Assembly (NCBI GenBank): GCA_963665295.1
Contig: OY762209.1
Span: 1,344,001-1,408,000 of the forward strand
DNA from: Syntrophorhabdaceae bacterium
GTDB lineage: Bacteria > Desulfobacterota > Syntrophorhabdia > Syntrophorhabdales > Syntrophorhabdaceae
Length of the DNA stretch: 64,000 nt
Direction of reading: 5' to 3'
Shown: one piece after another, positions 39,289 through 48,068 of the stretch
Layout of the letters: every line of letters begins with the position of its first letter
Numbering within the stretch: the stretch's first letter is position 1
Notes under the pieces: model-generated
The model's input: the letters and a program-made list of their open reading frames with translations, nothing else
Databases searched by the model: none
What the model was told of the DNA's origin: nothing
Position numbers and translations under genes: made by a program

Positions 39289-41151
39289 TTGATGAGGGTA
39301 AGACATGGCTTCAATTCCATAATGAAACTGATGCTGATCGGAGTTTTCTCCATATTCGGCATGGTGGTGACGGACGCATGCGGGGCGGGTCACGATCTGG
39401 TGAATCCGCCTGTTAAGGGTTATCCCAACGGTCACCTGCTTGTTTCAACCGGGTGGGTGCAGAAAAACATCGGGGCAAAGGATCTCGTTATCATTGACGT
39501 GCGTACGAGCGGGTACGAGGCGTCTCATATCCCGGGCGCCATCAACCTTGTCCAGGACCGGTTCAAGACGGGAGGCAAGCTGCGAAGCCTGAAGGACCTG
39601 GAAGCCGGGCTCACCTCGGCAGGCCTCAGCAAGGACATGAAATTCGTCATCTACGACGACCCGTCCAAGCCTTTGGGAACCGCGGGGTGGTTCTTCTGGC
39701 TGTTAGAGTATCTCGGCTGCACGGACGTACACGTGCTGGACGGAGGTTGGGCGAAATGGCTCGCCGATGGCGGGGCGAAACAGGCGGAGGTAGCGCACAG
39801 ACCGAAGGCGGGAAGATTCGTAGCGAAGTCGAATGGGTCCGTCTCCGCCCGGGCCGCGCATATCGCCGCAAAATCGAAAAGCACGGATTTTGCCCTGATC
39901 GATGCGCGATCTCCGGAGGAGTTTAACGGCTGGCAGCTTTACGGCGAGTCACGCGGGGGTCATATTCCGGAGGCCGTCAATATAAATTACCTGTCTTTTT
40001 ACAATCCCGACAAGACCGTTATGGAGTATAAGGAGGTGAAAAGCCTTCTTGAGTCACGGGGCATCACGCCCGACAAGGAGGTTGTTTCCTACTCCACCGA
40101 CGGCATTCGTAGCGGCAGCGTTTACTTTGTTCTGAGATTGGCGGGATACGAACGGTCCTCCAACTATGACGGGTCCATACGTGAGTGGTCTCAGGACGCA
40201 GCCCTTCCAATGGAGAAACTCGCCCGTTATGAGAGACTTGTGTACCCCGCATGGGTAAAGGACCTGATCGACGGTAAAAACCCTCCCACTTACTCGGGCA
40301 AAAGATTTGTAATTCTTGAGACCCGATATACCGGCTTTTCCATCTCGCAGCTCACATCGTCCAAGCAGACAGGCTACATCCCCGGGGCCGTATCCGTTCA
40401 CCCGTGTTATGTCGAGCACGGAAACGACACGGCGAAATATTACCCCCATTATTCCGTACCGGGCGACGCGAAGCTCCTACCTGCCGACCGGCTTCAGACC
40501 GCCCTCGCCAACCTCGGGATCACGAAGGACACCACGATCGTCGTGTATGGCAACGGCATGATCATTCCCATGACCGCCGCGCGCGTGGCATGGGCATTGA
40601 TGTATGCGGGCGTTAAGGACGTGAGGGTTCTTAACGGCGGTTTCACCGCATGGCAAGCAGCGGGCTACCCCGTGGCCCCGGCGCCTGCCGCTTTGACGCC
40701 TGCAAAAGACTTCGGTGCGCAGGTTCCCCTCAACCCTGAATTTTACGCAACAGCCGACTATGTGCGGTCGGTGGTTAACCACCAGAAACCCGCCGTGGTG
40801 ATGGTTGATGTGCGGAAGAGAGAGGAATTTGACGGCAAAACATGCCCATACCCCTTCTTTAACAGAAAAGGGCGAATACCGGGCGCAGTATGGCAGGGCG
40901 ATTGGGATGCCCTGGTGAACACAAAGGACGACACCTTCAAAAGCTATCCGGAGGTGCGGAAAATGTGGCAAAACCTGGGGATCACGTCTGACAGGGAACC
41001 TGTTTTTTACTGCGGCACCGGCTGGCGTTCCACGATCGGATTTTTTCAAGCCTATTTGATGGGGTTTCAGAAACTGAGAAACTATGACGGCAGTTTTTAT
41101 GACTGGAGCTCAAATGCCGGCAATCCCATTGCCGACGGCAGCACAAAGTGA
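39289..41151 (+). CDS. Exported multi-domain rhodanese/sulfurtransferase (4 domains)
   Basis: HIPGA, LDGG, YDGS repeats; active loops YSTDGIRS and YCGTGWRS; signal peptide. Confidence 0.9.
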   Translation: MMRVRHGFNSIMKLMLIGVFSIFGMVVTDACGAGHDLVNPPVKGYPNGHLLVSTGWVQKNIGAKDLVIIDVRTSGYEASHIPGAINLVQDRFKTGGKLRSLKDLEAGLTSAGLSKDMKFVIYDDPSKPLGTAGWFFWLLEYLGCTDVHVLDGGWAKWLADGGAKQAEVAHRPKAGRFVAKSNGSVSARAAHIAAKSKSTDFALIDARSPEEFNGWQLYGESRGGHIPEAVNINYLSFYNPDKTVMEYKEVKSLLESRGITPDKEVVSYSTDGIRSGSVYFVLRLAGYERSSNYDGSIREWSQDAALPMEKLARYERLVYPAWVKDLIDGKNPPTYSGKRFVILETRYTGFSISQLTSSKQTGYIPGAVSVHPCYVEHGNDTAKYYPHYSVPGDAKLLPADRLQTALANLGITKDTTIVVYGNGMIIPMTAARVAWALMYAGVKDVRVLNGGFTAWQAAGYPVAPAPAALTPAKDFGAQVPLNPEFYATADYVRSVVNHQKPAVVMVDVRKREEFDGKTCPYPFFNRKGRIPGAVWQGDWDALVNTKDDTFKSYPEVRKMWQNLGITSDREPVFYCGTGWRSTIGFFQAYLMGFQKLRNYDGSFYDWSSNAGNPIADGSTK

Positions 41152-41172
41152 GAAGGTTTCGTTGAAAGCCAT

Positions 41173-41201
41173 GGGTCAAACCGTTTCTGAAGGTTTGACC
41201 C
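41173..41201. terminator. Hairpin GGGTCAAACC-N9-GGTTTGACCC (terminator or REP-like)
   Basis: Perfect 10-bp IR about 20 bp after the stop codon; no U-tract. Confidence 0.45.
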
Positions 41202-41406
41202 TGACCTCCTATGAAGTCTGTCAATGAGAGGATTCTCGGTTCCGGGGCGTTTGCAGGAAAGCACGTGAACGAAAAACGATATCCCGTCGGTATGAAAGGA
41301 TGAAGGAGACTATGGAATCCCGCCGCAAGGAAGGGGTGTCATGCCGCGAAGGGAGGCTGAGTCACGATAGTCGAATATGTCTCCCAAGGGGCCGGTTCGC
41401 CGGGGT

Positions 41407-41601
41407 TTACTCTGTATGAAAACAGAGAGTTACGTTCCCGGTCGCATTTATCGTGGTGCCATCCGTCAATTCGATTTCCCAGAACGGTTTTTCTGCATCG
41501 GGATAGGAAACCTTGCTCACGCTATCCTCGTAATAGACGTCGTCATTGACACTCAACCTGACTAATTTCCTCTCCCCGAGTCCTTCAATTTCAATCTTCA
41601 T
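41407..41601 (-). CDS. Small hypothetical protein
   Basis: GGAGG RBS; its 3' end is duplicated at 38925-38973. Confidence 0.6.
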   Translation of the reverse strand: MKIEIEGLGERKLVRLSVNDDVYYEDSVSKVSYPDAEKPFWEIELTDGTTINATGNVTLCFHTE

Positions 41602-41846
41602 ATTCCCTCCTGAACGTTATCAACCGGGTGCCCATATTTCACATATCTAAGACAATGGCCTCTCTAAGTAGAGCGCGAAGTGCCCGGGTTATCCTCTCCG
41701 ATCATTTACCGGGAAGGCGTAACCCCCTCCGGAAGCTCCGGGAAGGCGGAAGAGTCGATAATACCATTCCCTGATATTCGTGAGAAATATGGTCAATGCA
41801 GGGCGATGTGGACCTTGTCCAATAGCCACAGGCGCACATCCTTCAC

Positions 41847-42098
41847 CTAAATACATTCTTCCAGCGGAAAAGTAAAGGCCCTTAAGCTGACAGTGGGATG
41901 GGTCGCTTTCAGCTCCCGGACAAGCTCGATGAGGTGAGGAATCTCCTCATCGGACACAGGCACGAAAAGGGCATCGGCCCTGCCGGACGGCCTCGTTCCG
42001 TGATGTAATTTCAGATACGACGTGCAACCGGCTTGCGTGAAGGCGTTTGTGATGGATTCATCGAAGTAATCGTCATAACCAACAAAAAACATCTTCAT
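41847..42098 (-). CDS. PII-like small protein (PG0541-type)
   Basis: MKMFFVGY...LFVPV...LRAFTFPLEE; GAGGGAG RBS. Confidence 0.6.
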   Translation of the reverse strand: MKMFFVGYDDYFDESITNAFTQAGCTSYLKLHHGTRPSGRADALFVPVSDEEIPHLIELVRELKATHPTVSLRAFTFPLEECI

Positions 42099-42389
42099 GA
42101 TTTCTCCCTCTTTTAAAGAAACGTTTTGAAATATTGAAAACACGGTTTTGCCGTTTATTTCAAATTATAACAAATATTCTCAGGAAACAACACCGTCACA
42201 AGACGGTCATGCCTGCCAATCTTACCGGGACCGCAACGGCGGGCGAAGGCTTCCGGAAGGCGGGCCCGCCTTCCTCGGCCGGTCAACCGTAGAAGTCTCC
42301 CTTGAACCCACCTATCTCCGATGGGTGCTCAGGCAGAGAATTATCGGGAAAGCTCTTGTTGTTTATCTTTCAGAGATATAATATTTAAT

Positions 42390-44310
42390 CCGAAGTTCCC
42401 CGCCCAATATTAACCCATCACCTTGATATTCCAATGATTATGGCAGAAATTGATTTCCCGTTACTGGCTACAGTCCGAGGAGGGCAAGGGCGCGGGCCTG
42501 GAGAGGTGTCGGATCAGTAAGAAGGGTGAAGGCCGGGGCCATGGAGTCCAAAACCATCCTGCACCGGTTTTTGCATCGGGTCCCCAGTGCGGCAAGGAGG
42601 GTACGGAAGCTCTGGACGGGAAGGCCGTCAGGGGTGAGCTTGGTGGTCTTCTTTTTCTTTGCGGAAGAAGATGACTCCGCGGGCTTTACCGGGTCTCTCG
42701 TCGTTCGTGAGAGGGGAAGCTCCTCATCGTCGAAGAGCAGCGGCGTAAGGGCCTCCCTCATATGCCACTCTACGTAATAGGCGAGGGTGCAGAGAAAGAT
42801 GTGGGCTCGCACGTGATCCTCGGTACGGTGGTGAATGGGACGGACGAGAAGATCGATGCCCTTCAAGGTCCTGAAGGCCCGCTCTACCCGGGCAAGGTTC
42901 TTGTAGTTCCGTACCACATCGGCGGGAGGAAGGGCTGGTTCACTCGTACGGATCACATAGATCCCGTCGAGGGCTTCTTCTTCGGTGATTGACTCCTCGT
43001 TCCGGGCGAATGAGAAGGACCCGTCTCCGATGGTAAGGATAAAGTGCTTCGCCATCTTGTGATCGTTGACTACCGCGCCGACTTTCTTCCCTATCTCCGC
43101 TGCGGAAAGAGGCGTCCTTGTCCTTCTCCCGACCGCCCGTACAATGGAGGACAACTTCTTTTCCGTCACATCGAGGAGCGCGTTTCTTTTCCTCTTTCTC
43201 TCTTCGGCAAGAAGGGGGTTGAAGCAAGCGATGAGCCTTTCCCCCGGATACTCGGGAGAGGTGATTTCCGCAAAGTCCTGGGTATCGAAGAGGGACATCT
43301 GGATGCTCCCCTGTCCCACAAGCTCGCGTATGGCGGAAGACCTGAGGGCCGATATCCACCCTATGCCGGGCATCTCCTTTATCTTTGTAATCTGTGTCTC
43401 CGTAAGCATGCCCCTGTCGCCCACGAGGACGAGGTGATCGAGACCGAATCTTTCTTTGAGCTTTGCCGTCTGGTCGGGAATGGTAGAGGGATCGCCCGTA
43501 TTCCCCGGATAGACGGTAACTGCAACAGGTCGGCCTTCGTGATCGGTGAGTACTCCATAGACGATGATCCTCTTTCCCTTTTCATCCCGGTCATGGCCGA
43601 ACTGCGCAAGGGGACAGGTGTGGCCCTCGTAGTAACTGCTCGTCACATCGTAGAGCACGAGCGAGCCCTCGGTAAGGTGCTTATTCGCCAGCTTCTTCTC
43701 GATCCGCTCCTGTCTTGCCAAAAGCCAGTCCAGGGCATCATAGAGTTCGTCCTCATCGGCATCTGCAACCGAGAGTTCCTCCGCCACCGAAGTAGTATGC
43801 CAGAGCCTCGTAGTTGCTAATTTCGATGAGGGGTGGATGAGGCGTTCCACGATCATGGCGATTACGAGGTCTCTCTCCCTTCCAGGCTTCGAGGCAATGA
43901 CCGTATCAAGGCCAAGCTTCTTTATTGTCCCGAGTATGGCCTCCACATGGCCGTGGGGGAGAGACTGCTCAACCTTAAAGGCTTCCTTCGGAGAGACGAG
44001 AGACTCCCCTTTCAATACACGCCTCAAGAGCTCGATCTTCTCTTCCGGCCAATCAGTGAGGTTTGCGACTGTCTTCTTCTTTATCTTTTTGCCTTCCCTC
44101 CATGCCTCCCTCAAGAGGATGGCGGGCCGGGAGTTGCGGTTGGGGATGCTTTCGATGTACATGGAACATATATAGCAAATAGCTTACCTACATGTCAAGT
44201 ACATAATGCACTATTACATGGCAACAAGTAGAAGATATGATTATCACCCTATTCCCGTCATTTCAACGGGATAGAGTGATATTGGGGGGATTTCACAGGG
44301 GGAACTTCGG
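42390..44310 (-). mobile_element. IS1634-family element, copy 2
   Basis: Same IRs; duplication TTTAAT. Confidence 0.95.
42468..44162 (-). CDS. IS1634-family transposase
   Basis: Protein identical to copy 1. Confidence 0.93.
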   Translation of the reverse strand: MYIESIPNRNSRPAILLREAWREGKKIKKKTVANLTDWPEEKIELLRRVLKGESLVSPKEAFKVEQSLPHGHVEAILGTIKKLGLDTVIASKPGRERDLVIAMIVERLIHPSSKLATTRLWHTTSVAEELSVADADEDELYDALDWLLARQERIEKKLANKHLTEGSLVLYDVTSSYYEGHTCPLAQFGHDRDEKGKRIIVYGVLTDHEGRPVAVTVYPGNTGDPSTIPDQTAKLKERFGLDHLVLVGDRGMLTETQITKIKEMPGIGWISALRSSAIRELVGQGSIQMSLFDTQDFAEITSPEYPGERLIACFNPLLAEERKRKRNALLDVTEKKLSSIVRAVGRRTRTPLSAAEIGKKVGAVVNDHKMAKHFILTIGDGSFSFARNEESITEEEALDGIYVIRTSEPALPPADVVRNYKNLARVERAFRTLKGIDLLVRPIHHRTEDHVRAHIFLCTLAYYVEWHMREALTPLLFDDEELPLSRTTRDPVKPAESSSSAKKKKTTKLTPDGLPVQSFRTLLAALGTRCKNRCRMVLDSMAPAFTLLTDPTPLQARALALLGL

Positions 44311-44328
44311 TTTAATAGAGGCGCAACC

Positions 44329-44727
44329 ATGAATCGTTCGCAAGACACTCATCTTAAGTCGATCGGCTACATCCTGTGGATCTTCGGTTTCACGGGCTCC
44401 CACCGGTTTTACTACGGCAAGCCCGTTACGGGCACCATCTGGTTCTTTACTTTAGGCCTTCTGGGCATCGGGTGGATCATCGACTTTTTCCTCATTCCGT
44501 CCATGGACCGTCAGGCCGATTTCAGGTATCGCAGTGGCAACCTTGATTACACGGTAGCCTGGATTCTGCTGACATTCCTGGGAATCTTCGGCATACACCG
44601 TTTCTATATGGGAAAGTGGGTTACGGGCGTGGTATACTTGGTGACGGGGGGTATATTCGGCCTGGGGTATCTCTATGACCTGTGGACCCTCAATGATCAG
44701 GTCTCGCGGATAAACAGCGGGTCCTGA
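44329..44727 (+). CDS. TM2 (NINE) domain protein
   Basis: Two G.HRFY.GK repeats. Confidence 0.88.
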   Translation: MNRSQDTHLKSIGYILWIFGFTGSHRFYYGKPVTGTIWFFTLGLLGIGWIIDFFLIPSMDRQADFRYRSGNLDYTVAWILLTFLGIFGIHRFYMGKWVTGVVYLVTGGIFGLGYLYDLWTLNDQVSRINSGS

Positions 44728-44775
44728 CTCCGCAGAAGTTGACATTTCCTTACGTTTACCGTCGCAGGAGGGCGT

Positions 44776-45252
44776 ATGTTACCCCATAACCTGGAAGAAC
44801 TGGAGAAGATAAGGAGGGATTGCCTTCGCATGTCCCGCAGGCGAGCCTTTCTCTCGGCGGCCGCCTCGGTCGTTCCCGTCCCCTTCGCCGACATCGCCAC
44901 CGACGTAGTCCTTCTCAAACAGATCATACCGGGAATCAGCACCAAATTCGGCCTCTCGAAGGACCAGATCGATGGGTACAATCCCCAGGCGGCGATCTTT
45001 ATCTATGATGCCGCAAAAAGGTTCGGCACGAAGATGATCGGCAAGTACGTCACGAAAGAGTTGATACTACAGGTTTCGAAAATGGTGGGAGCCCGGTTCA
45101 CCACAAAACAGGTGGCCAGGTATGTGCCTGTTATAGGACAGGCGATCTCCGCCGGTATAAGCTTTACAGCAATGAGATTCATTATCCATTGCCATATCAA
45201 CGAGTGCTATAAGGTTGCCGGGGCAGCCATGGAGGCAAGACACCCAACCTGA
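44776..45252 (+). CDS. Hypothetical protein (DUF697-like)
   Basis: SVVPVPFAD...KQVARYVPVIGQ; GGAGG RBS. Confidence 0.7.
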   Translation: MLPHNLEELEKIRRDCLRMSRRRAFLSAAASVVPVPFADIATDVVLLKQIIPGISTKFGLSKDQIDGYNPQAAIFIYDAAKRFGTKMIGKYVTKELILQVSKMVGARFTTKQVARYVPVIGQAISAGISFTAMRFIIHCHINECYKVAGAAMEARHPT

Positions 45253-45417
45253 CACATCCTCGAAAGGCATTCCCCCGTGACACGCAGGCAGCCATGAACC
45301 CCGGTCCATCCTTTGCTGCGCCGAATCACCGGCAGCCCCGGTTCTTCGTCGCAGAGGGGCCCTATGGGCTTTGCCACGACATGGATGCCCTCCGCGTTAT
45401 CGGCAATATCCATATTT

Positions 45418-47841
45418 TCAATCCGACAAATGTCTTTTCGTCGCATACTCCCTGTGGAGCCTGTCCTGCTCTTCCCGATCCACTTTCTCCGTTTTGCCGA
45501 GGTCTATGACGACCTTGTCTATGACGCCGGTGAAGTTATAGGGCGCGGGGATTCCGTAGTCCTCCACCACAGGGGTCTCGCCGTCCCGGCCGACATCGGC
45601 TCCTTCGTCCGGCGAAAAGATGAAGCTGTGGGTCTTTTCGATGCGCCCCTCGGCAACCGTCTCGCCGTTGACCATGAGACGGCCTGAACCGCCCTTGCCG
45701 AACCCGTTGCCGTCATAGGCGAATTCGTAGCGGATACGCGCTTTTCCGGGAGGGAGGCTTTTTCCGGAGGCAATGGTGTAACGGCTGAGACCAAGCCAAT
45801 TGTAGGTGAATGTCGGCTTTCCGTCTTTCAGATAGAGACTCCATCCGCCGAAACGTCCTCCCTGGGCGAGGATGACCCCCCGGGCGCCTTCACGGGGTAC
45901 CTGCACCTCGGCGGTGACGGAGTGGGTCCGGTTTTTCACATTGATGAATACGTTTTCCGACATCCCGATCATTCCATCGTAGACCGTGAGCGATGTCCGG
46001 CCGGCCATCAGGTCCGGACGGCCCGCGATGGCCGCGTTCATCCGTTCCTGGATACGGTCGTCAATCGGCAGGACCCGGTATTTTATTGCTTCCGCCATGA
46101 AGAGGTCCTGCATCTCCTTGAGTTTGCCGGGAAATTTTGCCGCCACGTCGTCTGCGAGGCTGAAATCGGTCCGCGTGTCATATAATTCCCATTTGTCCTT
46201 ATCCAGAGATGCCCTGGGAACGCTCTCCCACACGGCCCTGTGCACGGTGCCCGCAAGCCAGCCGTCATGGTAAACGCCGCGATTGCCGACAATCTCAAAA
46301 TACTGGGTCCCATGGCGGTCTTTTGCCCGGGCATCGTTAAAAGTGTAAAGAAGGCTTACGCCTTCGATAGGGGTCTGTTCGATGCCGTCCACCTTCTTCG
46401 GTTCGGGCAGGCCCGCGGCCTCAAGGATGGTAGGGGCAATGTCGATCACATGGTGCCACTGGGAGCGGAGTTCGCCTTTGCCCTTGATCCCTTTGGGCCA
46501 GCGAATAACCATCCCGTTGCGCGTACCCCCGTAGTTGGAGGCAACCGCCTTTGTCCACGTGAAGGGAGTGTCTCCCGCAACCGCCCAACCTGCGGCATAG
46601 TGCCCGTAGGTCTTGGGTCCGCCCAGGTCGTCGATGTGCTTCAGGATATCGGCAAGATTCTCCTCTACCTTGTTGAAGAAGGTCATCTCGTTAAAAAGGC
46701 CGTTCATGCCTCCGTCGGCGCTGGCGCCGTTATCGCCGGGTATGTAGAAGACGAGGGTGTTATCAAGTTGGCCCATGTCGTCGATCGCCTGAACAAGCCG
46801 TCCGATCTCAAAATCGGCATACTCGCCGAAGGCGGCATATATTTCCATCTGGCGGGCAAAGAGCGTTTTCTCGTCCGCCGTCAGTGTATCCCAATCCTTG
46901 ATGGCTTCGGGTTTGGCCGCCAGTTTCGTGTCCGGAGGCACCACCCCCAGCTTCTTTTGCCGCGCCAGCGTCTCTTCGCGCAATTTGTCCCAGCCCTGGT
47001 CGAATTTGCCTTTGTATTTCGCAATCCACTCCTTGGGCACGTGGTGGGGCGCATGGGTTGCGCCGGGGGCGAAATAGAGGAAGAAGGGTTTGTCGGGGGT
47101 AAGGGATTTCTCCGCCCGCACCCATTTGATCGCCTGATTCGTCATGTCGGTCATGAGATGGTAATTCGGGTCCTTCGGGGCTTCTATCCTGGTCATGCCG
47201 TCATAGAGAGAGGGCGACCACTGGTTTGCTTCACCGCCTATGAAACCGTAGAATTTGTCAAAGCCGCTGCGGGTCGGCCAACGATCCGTCGGCCCTGAGG
47301 GACTGACCTCCCACGGGGCGGTTTCGTGGCTCTTGCCGAAGGCCGCGGTTGCGTAGCCGTTATAGCGTAACATGGTTGCCAAAGGGGCCACACTGACCGG
47401 ACGCCGGCCGGTGGCTCCCGGGAACGCCGTCGCCATCTCCATCACCAGGGAGGTGTTGCAGGTGTGGTGGTTACGCCCGGTGAGAAGGGCGGCCCGTGTC
47501 GGTGAACTGACACCCGTGGTGTGAAAGTTGTTGTAGCGCAAGCCTTGATCCGCCATGAGCTGAAGGGTGGGCATGTGAATCGGTCCGCCGAAGGTGCCCG
47601 GCTGGCTGAATCCCATGTCGTCGAGGAGTATGATGAGCACGTTGGGAGCGCCCGCGGGCGTCTTCACTTCAAATCCGGGCGGGGGCGTCGCGTTTCTCAC
47701 ATCCAGTACGGTGCTGTGGGGATATTCAGGCTCCGGAATGGGAAGATTGGTGCGATCGGTGGTGCTCTCGGCCCCGGTCGTTGCGGCAAGGGTGGCGCCA
47801 AGGGCAAGGCCGAGTGTGGCCTGCATGGTCTTTCGTTTCAT
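45418..47841 (-). CDS. Exported arylsulfatase (Ser-type)
   Basis: PNVLIILLDDMG, SSPTRAALLTG, GKSH, GATHAPH, GDNG; GGAGG RBS before ATG 47841. Confidence 0.92.
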   Translation of the reverse strand: MKRKTMQATLGLALGATLAATTGAESTTDRTNLPIPEPEYPHSTVLDVRNATPPPGFEVKTPAGAPNVLIILLDDMGFSQPGTFGGPIHMPTLQLMADQGLRYNNFHTTGVSSPTRAALLTGRNHHTCNTSLVMEMATAFPGATGRRPVSVAPLATMLRYNGYATAAFGKSHETAPWEVSPSGPTDRWPTRSGFDKFYGFIGGEANQWSPSLYDGMTRIEAPKDPNYHLMTDMTNQAIKWVRAEKSLTPDKPFFLYFAPGATHAPHHVPKEWIAKYKGKFDQGWDKLREETLARQKKLGVVPPDTKLAAKPEAIKDWDTLTADEKTLFARQMEIYAAFGEYADFEIGRLVQAIDDMGQLDNTLVFYIPGDNGASADGGMNGLFNEMTFFNKVEENLADILKHIDDLGGPKTYGHYAAGWAVAGDTPFTWTKAVASNYGGTRNGMVIRWPKGIKGKGELRSQWHHVIDIAPTILEAAGLPEPKKVDGIEQTPIEGVSLLYTFNDARAKDRHGTQYFEIVGNRGVYHDGWLAGTVHRAVWESVPRASLDKDKWELYDTRTDFSLADDVAAKFPGKLKEMQDLFMAEAIKYRVLPIDDRIQERMNAAIAGRPDLMAGRTSLTVYDGMIGMSENVFINVKNRTHSVTAEVQVPREGARGVILAQGGRFGGWSLYLKDGKPTFTYNWLGLSRYTIASGKSLPPGKARIRYEFAYDGNGFGKGGSGRLMVNGETVAEGRIEKTHSFIFSPDEGADVGRDGETPVVEDYGIPAPYNFTGVIDKVVIDLGKTEKVDREEQDRLHREYATKRHLSD

Positions 47842-48068
47842 GGTCGGGTTCCTCCAGTAATGGTCGGGCGCGGTAGTTCCTCCTAAATCTATACAATACT
47901 TGGCGCTGTCTTTGAAAGGATTTTCGCGGGGCAGAATCATCCCGGTCGTTCTTCCGACGCATGGGAATACATAGTGTCGGTAAGGGAGAGTAAAAAGGCT
48001 CGGACCCACGCGTGTTCGCAAAGGAGAACCACGGCATGTCGAAATCTTTCATGGGGGAACGTATGGGA

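Noticed and set aside
40090..40100. Selenocysteine in the rhodanese active loop
   Set aside because: The codon is TCC (Ser) and the frame has no internal TGA.
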